This document shows positions 26,186 through 37,537 of a stretch of 64,000 bases of DNA, piece after piece. Source of the stretch: Ostrea edulis (Eukaryota). Position 1 is the first letter of the stretch. Each line of letters begins with the position of its first letter. Position numbers and translations under genes: made by a program. The notes below the pieces were generated by a model. It was not told the origin of the DNA, did not search any database, and saw only the letters and a program-made list of their open reading frames with translations. Location: positions 93,558,001-93,622,000 of the forward strand of contig NC_079165.1 of the NCBI RefSeq assembly GCF_947568905.1, read 5' to 3'.

Positions 26186-27499
26186 GGGTACCTGTAAAGT
26201 GCGAAACGAAACGAAATCTACCGAAACGAAACGAAATCTACCAAAACAAAACGAAACCTACCGAAACGAAACGAAACAGATTATATAACCGAATTCTTTT
26301 AATTATAACAAATAAAAACGGTATAATAGGCCCCTGTGAACGTTACCACATATAAATAAAATTCGCCTCCCCTTTGATGTAGGCTTTCGCCTTGACTGAT
26401 ACAAAGTTTTAAAAGTTGGAAGGGGGTTGATTAAGCACAAAGTACGTATCCGAAGTTGATTAAATACCACGTGTAATTAGTTTTGGTCCATAAATTTCAG
26501 AACGGAGGGTTACAATCTTCCAAGTCAGAGGTCTGGGGAAACGCACTAAACGAGGGTGGGATTGCCGGCGTTGGGTCCACCTTTGGGCGTAATACATGTT
26601 TCAGTATTTTTTGCTCTAAAGACAAATCTATATATACATGTGGATATTGTGTATTTGTGTGTAGTATATCAAACGGTGGATTCTGAGTATGTCCTCCCTT
26701 TATCTTTGTAATTTCTGCTTCCCTTGTTCATAAGCCTTTTGAGTTTACAAAATGCTCACATCCTCCTAATATTATTGCATTTCCGTTTTCCGTCCCGTTT
26801 TCAAGTTCACGTCTTAGCAAGAACCTAAATGTATAGAGTTATCTTTAAACTCATTACATACAGTGTATCAATAATAATTTTTAATAATATATGTATATAT
26901 ATCTTACCGAATTGCATTCATAAAATATGGTATACTATTTAATGTTTTTCCATTATTGAAAGCACTCGTACCTCAGCAGTTAGAGATAAAATAAGGGGTT
27001 AAGAGTTCTTCCTGCTTTCAACTTTCTCAGACACCAGCTTCTTTAAATAATGCATCTATACCCAAAGGCAGACCCAACGCCGGCGACCCCACCCCTCGTT
27101 TAGTGTGTTTCCCCATACCTCTGAAATTGCAACCCACCGTTCTGAAATTTATGGATGCGAAACTAACTGCACATGGTATTTAATCAACTTTGGATATGTA
27201 CTTTGTGCTTACTCACCCCCCCCCCCTTCCAACTTTTAAAACTTTGTATCAGTCAAGCCGAAAGCCTACATCAAAGGGGAGGCGAATTTCATTTATATGT
27301 GGTAACTTTAACAGGGGCCTAAGATACCATTTTTAATTATTATAATTAAAAGAGTTCAGTTATACAATCTGTTTCGTTTCGTTTCGGTAGGTTTCGTTTC
27401 GTTTCGGTGGGGTTCGTTTCGTTTCGGTAGATTTCGTTTCGTGTCGGTAGATTTCGTTTCGTTTCGTTTCGATTTCGTTTCGCACTTTACAGTTATCCC
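26186..27499. mobile_element. Mutator-like (MULE) non-autonomous element with about 400-bp TIRs
   Basis: 9-bp TSD atcaactgc at 26177-26185 and 27500-27508; GGG terminus; long TIRs with (cgaaa)n subrepeats. Confidence 0.85.
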
Positions 27500-28700
27500 A
27501 TCAACTGCTCCTTCCTTTCGACGAGATAGAACTGCTTCAATGTGCATCATTGTGTTTCGCCCCAAAATAATTTTGTTTGGTGTTTTGCCAGTGCTGGCAT
27601 GGACAGCTGCTCGTACGCCTTAAGAACTTGTGGAGAATATTTGTCCCAGTGTTTTTGCTGTAAGCACGCAAGTTAAGAGTTCAATTAAATCTTTCCACAT
27701 TTCCATTAGCCTGTTGATGTTGACTGCTTGTTATAGTTTTATTCATTTGCAGAAAATTGTAAAGATCCTGGAAAAACTCAAATGAGCGACCTTGATCAGA
27801 ATAAATTTGGGAGTGTCAATGCGAAGTGCCGAAACGTGAAATGAATTCATTTACAATTACTGTGGCATTGGTCTTTGGTTCTTGGTCTGGTGTTGTGTAC
27901 ACCTCTGTTCTCTTCGAAAAGCAAGAAAAAAGAACGAGCATGTTTCTATTGCCCTTCTCTGTGATAGGCAATGATCCGAGGACATCAATGACCACTCGTT
28001 TCAACGACTCTCCAACACGAACATACAAAGTGGAACTCTGTTTGCAGTGAAGGTTTTCTAGCAGCACATACATCACAGCGCTTGCAATACTCGTCAATGG
28101 CTGATTTCGTGGCTGGCTAATAAAAGTTTTGCTGAATTTGTATCCTCCAAGATGATCAGCTGATGGAAGGTCATGGAAGTTCCTTAACACTGATGACTGA
28201 ATTCTCTTTGGAACTATCAGTTGAAGACAACTTTTTCTCTCCACCTGCACTATAGAAGTTTCTGTAAAGGATTCCATTCTCTACCTGTAGTATATCCCAT
28301 TGCCTCCAAACTTGATGTACCATGAGGCACTCTGTCCCATGGTGGTCTATTCTCATGATCATCTAGAGTAGCTAGAAACAGATCTATATCTTGGTCATCT
28401 AATTGAGCTTGTCGTATTTGGCTCGACTGCCAACCATCTACAACGAAACCACTTGGGGTATTTAACTTGTGATTTTTCACTTCCACTGGTACATGTACAA
28501 ACTCTTACTCTGTTGGTATTTCATGTATCGTCATCATCGTCACTGGTACTTTCATTTCATTTTCCTGTCTTGAACAAGATTTACATGACCTTCTAGAGAG
28601 AGCGTCCACATTGTTGTGTTACGTCCTGGTCTATGAATAATTGTTAAATTCTATGTCCCTAATTCTTCCAACCATCTTGCTGTTTGTCCAGTTGGATTCT

Positions 28701-29170
28701 TTAAAGGGACTGATTCACGTTTTTCTAAAGAAATGGGTTTTTTTTTTTCATTTTTCATGTTAAAAATCAAAAATATTGCTCATTTAAATGTTGACAACCA
28801 AAATTTGGACCGTTTGAATGTAAGAATAAGAGCAATATTTTAGCTTTGATTCTGTGTAATGTAAACAAAGACTCGAGTCTTTTTATGTATACAAACAAAC
28901 CAGTGAAATGTTAATTTTGTAATTTAAAGCATCTTCATTTTGTACAATCACAAATTCTAACTTTTAAATGACACCTTTTAACTAAAGTATACTTGAGATG
29001 TGTAATATATAGTAAACTTGGATTAACATTCATTTACTTTTGAAACCCTGTAACACGCCTCAATCTATGTTTTCAAAACAAATAATAAAATCTCTATAAC
29101 GAGCTTCTGTCATGATGAATAACCTTTGTGAAACTTTCTAAACATATTAGACTAGATTTTGATCATTTAA
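28701..29170. mobile_element. Partial Kolobok-like MITE inserted in the Gypsy element
   Basis: TTAA followed by agggactgattcacg, then AT-rich non-Gypsy sequence; the matching other end was not found. Confidence 0.45.
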
Positions 29171-29191
29171 AGTGAAACACAAAATTTGTAG

Positions 29192-29373
29192 GATTGATCG
29201 ATTGATTGATGTTTTTCGCCACACTCAACAATTTTTCAGTTATCTGGTGGAGCCCAGTTTTTATTGGTGGAAGAGAGAACTCAGATACAATGTACCTGAG
29301 TCCAGGGAAGAGACCACCGACCTTCCTCATTGATTTTGAGAGCGATGCTCTAACCACTAGGACATGAAGGCCC
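29192..29373 (-). mobile_element. tRNA-derived SINE family A with internal deletion
   Basis: Reverse-complement match to the head and 3' half of 29908-30159. Confidence 0.85.
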
Positions 29374-29907
29374 AATTTGGAGGTAAATCTTGAATCGATA
29401 CTGCCGCATTATCAGTTCTAATATATACTTCCTGTCCATATAGATATGATGAAATGTTTTCAATGCTTGAATTACTGCAGGTAGTTCCTTCCTCGTTACA
29501 CAATAAGATTCCTCGTGATTGTTCATAGACTTGCTCATGTATGCTATTACGCGTTCCTTATCGTTTTGAACTTGAGAACGTACTGCCTGCCAACTGACGT
29601 GTGACTAGCATCTTTGTCTAGGATAAACGGCAAGCCAGGTGATGGATATGTTAAAATAGGGGTTAAAGTCAGAACTTCTTTGAGAGCTGTAAATGCCTTA
29701 TCTGCGACCTCGGTCCATACAGATTTGGTATTGTTTTTCGCAAAGCTTTCTTTTACAAATCGCCAATAATACGAACAAACACCAAAAAAAGCTGCAAACC
29801 TGTTTGGAGTTCCTTGGAATATGTTATTCCTGTACTGTCTTTCTTTCCTCTGGTTTCATTGGTATTCCATTCTCTGTCCTAAGAATCTTACTTCGTTTTG
29901 AAATTAA

Positions 29908-30159
29908 GGGGCCTCCGTGGCCGAGTGGTTAGAGCATCGTGCTCTAATTCACACGACCTCTCATCTCTGGTCGGCGCGGGTTCGAATCCTGCTCGCACCG
30001 GTAAGGGAGAAAGTTTCCCAGTTTACTTCCGTAAGGTCGGTGGTCTCTTCCCAGGTACATTGTATCTGGGCTCTCTCTTCCACCTATAAAAACTGGGCGT
30101 CACCAGATTACTGCAAAATTGTTGAGTGTGGCGGAAAATAGCAAAACAATCAATCAATC
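29908..30159 (+). mobile_element. Full-length tRNA-derived SINE family A
   Basis: Pol III A box tggccgagtgg (29918-29928), B box ggttcgaatcc (29979-29989), body, (caat)n tail. Confidence 0.9.
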
Positions 30160-32169
30160 GTTTTGAAATAAAACATACATGTATTTGGAAGGTTTGAGCT
30201 TTAAACAAGTCTCTCGTAATCGAATGAATATCTCATCCAGCCTTACAAGCCCTTGGGTAAGATTTGAACTTGTTGAAATTATATCATCCATATAAATAAA
30301 CAACTCCTCTCATTGAAATCCCTAAAGATGTTTTCAATTAGTCTTTCAAAGGTCGAAGGAGAATTTGCCAAGCCAAATGACATTACAGTAAATTGTAAAA
30401 GCCTAAACTTGTACATGTAGTGAAAGCTGTCTTCTAATTGTCCTCTGCAGACATACCAACATACCAGAATCCAGAATTTAAATCCATTGAGCTATACCAT
30501 TTCGACCCAGCAAGTGCGTCTAAATATGTATCTACCGTCGGCAATGGATATGCAGTCTTAACAGGTACTTCAAAGCCTACACAAAACCTAGCCGTCTTTC
30601 TTTGTTGCAAGTACTATATCTGAGGCCCAGGGGTTAGACAAAGGTTCGATTAGCCCTTTTTGTAACATTTTCTCGATTCCTTGTTTCTTTATATCTCGCT
30701 TTCCTATGGGAATCATCCTGGCGGGTTGTCTATTTGGCACAGCTCTACCCGTGTTAATTGTGTGTTTCACTCGGTCAGTTCGTCCTCTGTCATCTGATAT
30801 ACGTGAAAAGATGTTCTGATACTTAGTAAACAGGGAGATTAATGCAGTATTTTCCCGTGCTTCTAAATACGCCGAATCCTATCAAATGAACTCCCTATAA
30901 CTTTCACAAAGAGCAATGACCCCATTCTTTTGAAACATGACCTCTTGGTAGATGTAATTGATGATGTTTATTTAATCATTTTCAGCCCTCGTATTTATCA
31001 TTCCAGGCACTAGTTGGGTATAATCAGAAAAGTATGATTTCCCCTCAACATACACGAACTATGTAAGAAGTTCTGCTGATAGTATTTCTCTCGGAACCAA
31101 ATGTCCAGAAGGAGGAGGTAGAATGTCTCTTGTCTTGGTCAACAGCCGACTTTCTTTTCCATAGTATGGTTCGGGTTTTAAGAGTACATAAAGACTTGGT
31201 TGAGTAGGATGTCACAGTGCATGATGTCTGAGAATCGATGATCTCCTCGCTGCCGATAAGCGTGTCCAATTTCATGGTCCTCGTAAATGTCATATCTCGT
31301 CACCGATGTCCCTTCCCTCTACGATAATTGTGTCCCCTTGCCCCATTTCACTATTACGATTAACCCTATCTCTTTTATCATTAACAATTACTTCAGGGTC
31401 AGGAAAAGTAGCATCGACCAGTTTTGACCCCATAGAAGAACAAGAACGCATGTATATGACTATTTAAAAATATTTTCCTCCACCATACGTAAATTGTACA
31501 TTCCGCCATTACAATAAGTTGAAGGTAGTTTGATCACCTATGTTGCAAATAAATTACGTCATGTAAAATAAATGAAGTAAAATACAAGTTTCAAATATCT
31601 AAACAATCGGATAATGCTATTGTTCTTTATAAGATGGTATATCTATAGAAAAAAATAGCATGATGCATTCCTTCGTAAGCAAGATGGCAGGCGGCTAACT
31701 TTTAGTAGATCTAAGTAAGTTACGTGATTTACAGTCACAATACTAGTGCTTGATTTCACTTTTAGTTATAGATATGATTTACATCAACACATCTTCTTAG
31801 ACTGTAGCTTTACCGAATACCTCAAATAACACACAGTATGTGAAATATACATGTAGATGACTGTTTACATACAGTTGTCAACGATATCGAAAGTAGCAAT
31901 GAACGATTTGTATACTAAAGGTAAACAGAACATCAACATAGCTTATATTATCAAGACCAAAAACGATAACGAGATGCCATGTACACTACACGCCACTAAT
32001 GTACATGCACATAGGATCATCATACATGTATTAATGTGCAATTATTATTCAAGTTGAAATTCTGGTCTTGTTGATAAACATTATACATGTATCAAAATTC
32101 CCCAAAACCATATTGTGTACAATAGTTTAAACTCATTATATTACAATAACATAATTTCAGTGCTAAATA

Positions 32170-32290
32170 TAATCTAACGTATGACTTATCGGGCTCACAA
32201 CGCATGCGACCAGTCAATGGGGGATGTTTACTCCTCCTGGATACCTGATCCCACTTCTGATGTATCGAAGGGTCCACGTTTCGATCCCTT
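32170..32290 (+). mobile_element. Degraded Naiad 3' UTR fragment
   Basis: gggctcac...gaccagtcaa.gggg.atg.ttactcctcct..g.acctgatcccac.tctg matches 25350-25440. Confidence 0.65.
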
Positions 32291-32659
32291 CTCTTCATTT
32301 TGATTCTTTATAGGTAAACTTTTTCGTTTGACCTGAGGAAGGTACAGGACGTCCCGAAAGAGGATGTTGCACCGAAGCGGGAACTTTCCCTAATCGGAGC
32401 TCAGTGCCAGCACTCGTGACGTAGAACTGACCTTCATCCATATTTGTACTCTTATTGCGTATTTGTCATTTTAATACCCGTAGAATTCCCCAGTACTAAG
32501 GACAAGTCAAACACATTTTATGTGTAAATACATTATACATGTAGTCTAAGTATAATTTTTGAAATCGTAAAAATTCAATTGTTTTTTTTTTTCTTCTGAG
32601 TATCAGATACAATTGTATACGGTTACATGTTACGAGTATGGCAAGCCGTTTTACTATTT

Positions 32660-32790
32660 ATTCCAAACAGAGATATCTCTTTAACTAAGAGAGATATCTC
32701 TGTAAGTTAGAGAGATATCTTTTTACGCTAGAGAGATATCTCTTTAAACAAAAGAAATATCTCTTTGACTAAAAAAGATATCTCTTTAAA
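32660..32790. repeat. About 22-bp minisatellite (gagatatctct core), about 5 copies
   Basis: agagatatctct repeated at about 22-nt spacing. Confidence 0.85.
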
Positions 32791-32994
32791 CAAATATAAC
32801 TATATATTTTAAAATATTCTATACTACTGCAGTCTAAGAGCTCTTATACTCGTATGTATTATTTTCTACAATCATCTGTACATGACTGTGAACACAAAAC
32901 AAAATATGTGAAGTTTAATACGCATTAATAAAGTTCAATATAATTCGAAATACATGCACTTGGAAACTTTGATTCACCATAGCAATTTGCTATA

Positions 32995-33624
32995 CATAGG
33001 TTTATTTAATGATATGCATAATGACTTTCAGTTATGCAAAGCTTCCAGTCATCGTGGAGATTCGAGTTTGTTAAAAATCATGGCCCTCAGGGGTATGTTG
33101 GGGCCACAATAGGGGACCAAAGTTTTCATACAAATATATACGGAGAAAATCTTTAAAAATCTTCTTCTCAAGACCCACTGGGCCAGAGGAGTGGAGATTT
33201 ACCTGAAAGCTTTCATATAGAGTAGATTCAAATTTGTTCAGATCAAGGCCCCCGGGGTTAGGGTGGGGCTACAATATGGGCTCAAAGGATTTCATGCGAA
33301 TGTATAGGGAAACAAACTTGGCACGACGCATCCTTATGTTATGCAAGGTCATGACATATGATAATTAATGAATTTGTAGTCAAGTTTAATAATCAAATTT
33401 GATAATTAATGAATTTTTAGTCAAGTTTAATAATCAAATTTGATAATTAATGAATTTGTAGTCAAGTTTAATAATCAAATTAGATAATTAATGAATTTTT
33501 AGTAGTTACCTTTCAAAAAAAAATTCTGAACCAAGCTGCTTACATAATTATAGTTTTCCTCAAACTTGTAGATTGCCAGGAACTGCTGCTCATGTGAGCG
33601 ATGTGGCCCATTGGCCTCTTGTTA
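32995..33624 (-). mobile_element. Helentron-type non-autonomous element
   Basis: Ends in gtgagcgatgtggcccattggcctcttgtt, the reverse complement of the family head; internal repeat units. Confidence 0.7.
33360..33503 (+). repeat. 41-bp tandem repeat, about 3.5 copies
   Basis: ataattaatgaat at 33361, 33402, 33443, 33484. Confidence 0.95.
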
Positions 33625-33829
33625 GTTATATATCATAAAATCTCACTCGAGCCTTCAACTCATGCAAGTTACACGGTTAATGCATTTCATTACAGAAGTT
33701 AGAGAAGGTGGCAATTGGTAATGCTTAAATTGTAGCATATGGTTATCGAACCAAATACTTCCGCTCAGTTAGACACGAAATGCAGCGTCATCCTTTTCAC
33801 TTTTCAGACTTCTCTGATGATTGAATATT

Positions 33830-36800
33830 GGTTGATTAAATGACACAATTGATCAAGAGATAGACAACAATGTATACAAATCCATAGAACATACTAAAAA
33901 GGGCTCGTGACGGCCTTAAAGGCAATTTAGCTCACCTAAAAGTTCTTAACTTTACAATACATATGATTGTAATTGAGATTGATCAGAACTTAATCTCTGA
34001 AAAAGTCCACAGGAGTTTGAGGCACTGTAGGGACCCCTTGGACTATAATTTCCTGTCCTCTGTTTGGGGATGCCACCTGGGAGTGCCCGAGGGTGGGCAA
34101 CTTTTCACATCTCTCTAATTATTGAATATGAGGGATCAAATGAAACAAAACTGCTGATAAGGAAGATACGAACCAACAGAACCCTAGAAAAGGGATCACG
34201 TATTAAGTTCACCTAAAATACCCCAAATTTTACGTCACATAGGATGATACATGCAATGAAGGCTGATGACATTAACTTTATCTTTGAAGAGTCAACAAAA
34301 GGAATGCATGTGGATGTAAGGCAGGGGAACCCTGGGACTATCATTTCCTGCCCTCAGTTTGGGGCTGCAGGGTTATACCTGGGTCCTCCAGAGGGTGGGG
34401 CGACTTTTTAGACCTCTCTGATGATTAGGTATGGAGGATCAAATAAAAAGATCCAGATAAGGAGGTAGAGAACGATATAGTCAAAGATATAGAACACTAA
34501 AAAGGGGTCACATGGGCGTTTGATGGAAATTAGCTCAAATCAGAGTGCCTACTTTTACATCACATGGTAATGAAGGCTATTAACAACTTTATCTTTGATT
34601 GTAAACAAACTTTGCAGTGCCTAGATATAGACCATCTTATACGTAATCCACCAACGTGTTCTTGTTCTTCATCTTCTTTCAACTATAGTCCAGCTGAAAA
34701 TGTCATTACTGGTGAAGTTGATATAGTTGAAAATGAGGACCTCAAATCACTTATTCTAAAAGGTCCTAAATATAGAGAACCTCGGTCTTTTAGCTGGCGA
34801 CAGAACTTCATCTCTATTATGAATTCTGTCGAAGATTATGCCAGACGATTGGCTAAATATGAAAACGAAGAATTTGATACATTGTCAGAATGGGTTAAAA
34901 GCATAAGAGGAATATTAAAATCCCGCATTAGACATATTAAAACAAAAGTACGTACCATCTATCCTTCTGTGTTAGTACACCATAAGGGATAAAATAATTA
35001 GATAGGTTACATGAAAAATATGTGTTGATTCCAGCTGACAAAGCTTGTAACAACATGGTCTTTGTAAGGCTCATTATTACAACTGTATTTTAAACGAATT
35101 TGTCATTAATTCCACTTTTGGTAATCGTACCTATACTCCAACTGCCCTTTCAAAACAGGAAATTCTTCAAAACCATCCTTCCGTTTTAGACACATTTAAT
35201 ATCCCAGTCAATGGGTCGAATGAATATGAGCTACCGTACCTATACTGGAATCCTAAACTACATAAAAACCCTTACAAACAAAGACACATTGCTGGATCCA
35301 GTAAGTGCTCTACCAAGCCCCTATCTTTGCTCCTCACGAAAATATCAACAGCTGTGAAGGAGAAACTTCAAACTTACTGTGCGACTAAATGTGGATTCTA
35401 AAAAATTTTAAAGAACCTTTAGTAAACTGCTGATCACCAAAGACCACGAAAATATTGTCAATGAGGAACTCTAGCATATTTTTTATTTCAACTTCAGAGT
35501 ACTTTTGAATGAGAGTGGTGTTTAACAAACTAAGTTTTAGGATGACTGATCACTAGATATGAATATTGCCTTTTTCCATTTTTATTGAAGAAGCAACTGT
35601 CTATGATGTCAAAAAGTTTAGTCTTTAATTTATCGTGAGGAATGGTTGTGTATAGTGTTGAAAAGTCATAGGTTTTGATGTTATTGATTTGGGTAAAGTT
35701 TTGCGATTTCAGGTCTTCCAACAGTCTGTTGGAATCCCCATGGGCACGAATTGTGCTCCGTTGTTAGCTGATCTGTTTCTATATTCATATGAAGCAGAAT
35801 TTATTCAAAAACTTCTACGCGAGAAGAAAAAATCTCTTGCTGTGTCCTTCAATTCGACATTCGACAACGTTTTGTCTATCAACGATATAACTTTCATTCA
35901 TATGTTGATTCGATATATCTGTGAGCTCAAAATAAAAGACACCACAAAGTCGTCCACTTCTGCTTCATACTTAAACGTAGACATTAACGGCAAACTGACA
36001 ACTCAACTGTATATGACAAACGGGATGATTTCAGCTTCTCCATCGTCAACTTCCCATATTTATGTAGCAATATTCCCTTATCACCTGCATATGGTGTTTA
36101 TATCTCTCAACTGATTCGATACGCAAGAGCTTGTTCTGCGTATAGTCAGTTTTTAAATCGAGGCAACCTACTGACAAACAAGTTGATGGTACAGAGGTTA
36201 CAACAGTCTCGATTGAAGTTAGCATTTCTCAAATTCTACGGTCATTATAACGATCTAGTTCGTCAATACAACCTAGAATAGGGTTAAATGCTGTCTGATG
36301 AGTTTCATACCGATTGTCAGGCCGTTCTTGGCACACTGATTTTGACTACGGATAACTCCGTTTATCTGATCAGGATATAAGATGTGACCGGTCGACAGGG
36401 GATGCTTACTCTTCCTAGGCACCTGATCCCACCTCTGGTGTGTCCAGGGGTCCGTGTTTGCCAAACTATCTATTTTGTATTTCTTATAGGAGTTGTGAGA
36501 TTGGTCACTGTTCGTTATCTTCGCCTTTCACCATCAGTTTGGGGCCGTAGGGGTACCACCTGGGGTCTCTTGAGGGTGGGACCACTTTTCAGACCTCTCT
36601 AATGATTGAATATGGGGAGATAAAACAAAAAGATAGAAAGAGATAGGGAACCATGTAGTCAAAAACAGAGAATACTAAAAGGTGTTATATATAGCCCTTT
36701 AATGGCTATTGACTTCATCTGAAAGTTCGTAATTTTACATCACATAAGGTTATAAGGAAGTTTAATAACAACTTAATCTTTGGAGAGGAATATGGGTACA

Positions 36801-37215
36801 AGGTAGGGGACTCCATTTTCTGCCCTCAGTTTGGGGCTGTAGGGGTACCACCTGGAGGCTTTCCGAGGTAGGGGCCACTTTTCAAACATCTGATTTAATA
36901 TGGACTGATCAAATAACAAACCTCATAAAGGGATGGCGAACAACGTGGTCCAACATATAGAAGCCTATAGAGGGGCCTGTAAGGGCAGTTAAGCTCACCT
37001 GAGAGTTCGTAATTTTATATCACAGAGGGTCAAAAACAGGTTACAAACAACTTAATCTTTGAAAAGTCCACAAAAGGAGTATGCAATCAAGGTAGGGAAC
37101 TCCTAAGACTACAATTTTCCGTTCTCAGTTTGGGGCTGAAGGGGTACCACCTGGAGTCTGTCGAGGATGGGGCCACTTTTCAGAACTCTCTAAAGATCGA
37201 ATATGGGGCAATAAA
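33830..37215 (+). repeat. Diverged 290-300 bp tandem repeat array interrupted by a Naiad insertion
   Basis: The c(a/t)gtttgggg..ccacttttcag motif recurs near 34060 and 34355 before the insertion and near 36535, 36825 and 37125 after it. Confidence 0.75.
34599..36530 (+). mobile_element. Penelope-like retroelement, Naiad type (CxC linker, RT, 3' UTR), pseudogenised, with internal inversion
   Basis: PPTCSCSS..VITG..LKSLILKGPKYREP linker; RT motifs YDFSTLYTTIPH (inverted segment) and QQSVGIPMGTNCAPLLADLFLYSYE; RT ends without a C-terminal endonuclease. Confidence 0.88.
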
Positions 37216-37221
37216 ATGAAT

Positions 37222-37450
37222 GATTGATTTTGTGTATGTGTCTTGTTTAACGTCACGCTCGAAAAATTTTCACTCGCATGGAAATGTCACCAATACCGGT
37301 GAAGATCTTCATTAGGCCTACATGTACTTGTATGTTCGGCGCTTACGGCCTTTGAGCATTCTTTATCGTGCCACACCTACTGTTACATGGTGCACCCGTT
37401 TTTAAGGTCATCTCGAAGTACCTTTGACATTCACACCTGATCCCGAGCGT
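37222..37450 (-). mobile_element. SINE family B-related copy
   Basis: ttgtttaacgtc..ctcga.aa.ttttcact...ttaggccta...cggcgcttacggcctttgagca..gtgccacacct. Confidence 0.75.
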
Positions 37451-37507
37451 TTGGATAACGTCAATGATGGAGGGTTCCTTGACATTGTTATTCTTAGACA
37501 CCAGTAC

Positions 37508-37537
37508 CTGAATAAGCTTGTTCAAGTCGGTTGCCAT
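37508..37537 (-). CDS. Possible first coding exon (MATDLNKLIQ) of an unresolved gene
   Basis: ATG followed by G, 10 codons, CAG|GTACTG donor; unique CpG-containing sequence upstream (37550-37630). No downstream exon linked. Confidence 0.3.

Larger units (their letters stand above)
25790..31450 (-). mobile_element. Decayed Ty3/Gypsy LTR retrotransposon pol (RT-RNaseH-integrase), interrupted by several insertions
   Basis: RT (PWASDIVLATKKDG, TAFT..SLG) at 30.2-30.8 kb; RNase H (YCVTRKELPAV) at 29.4-29.6 kb; integrase H2C2 and core (FHDLPSADHLG, VIDVLGSLPITEKGN, DQGRSFE, NGNVERFN) at 27.5-28.3 kb; GPY/F-like tail (KLTLKWKGSYVVTKKL) at 25.9-26.1 kb. LTRs not identified. Confidence 0.9.

Noticed and set aside
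26134-27623. KRNET-repeat ORFs (26134-26355, 27356-27565, 27441-27623)
   Set aside because: Translations of (cgaaa)n subrepeats in the MULE TIRs.
29908-29995. Possible tRNA gene
   Set aside because: A and B boxes are present, but the sequence continues into a SINE body and tail, has other copies in the window, and gives no closed cloverleaf.
31465-31485. tggtggagga on the - strand as a tRNA-Ala primer-binding site for the Gypsy
   Set aside because: Only about 8-9 nt match and no adjacent LTR could be identified.
32325-32385. Hammerhead-like core (ctgagga...cgaaa) next to a Naiad fragment
   Set aside because: Stem II has only 2 bp and I could not form stems I and III with a cleavage triplet; Naiads are also reported to lack canonical hammerheads.
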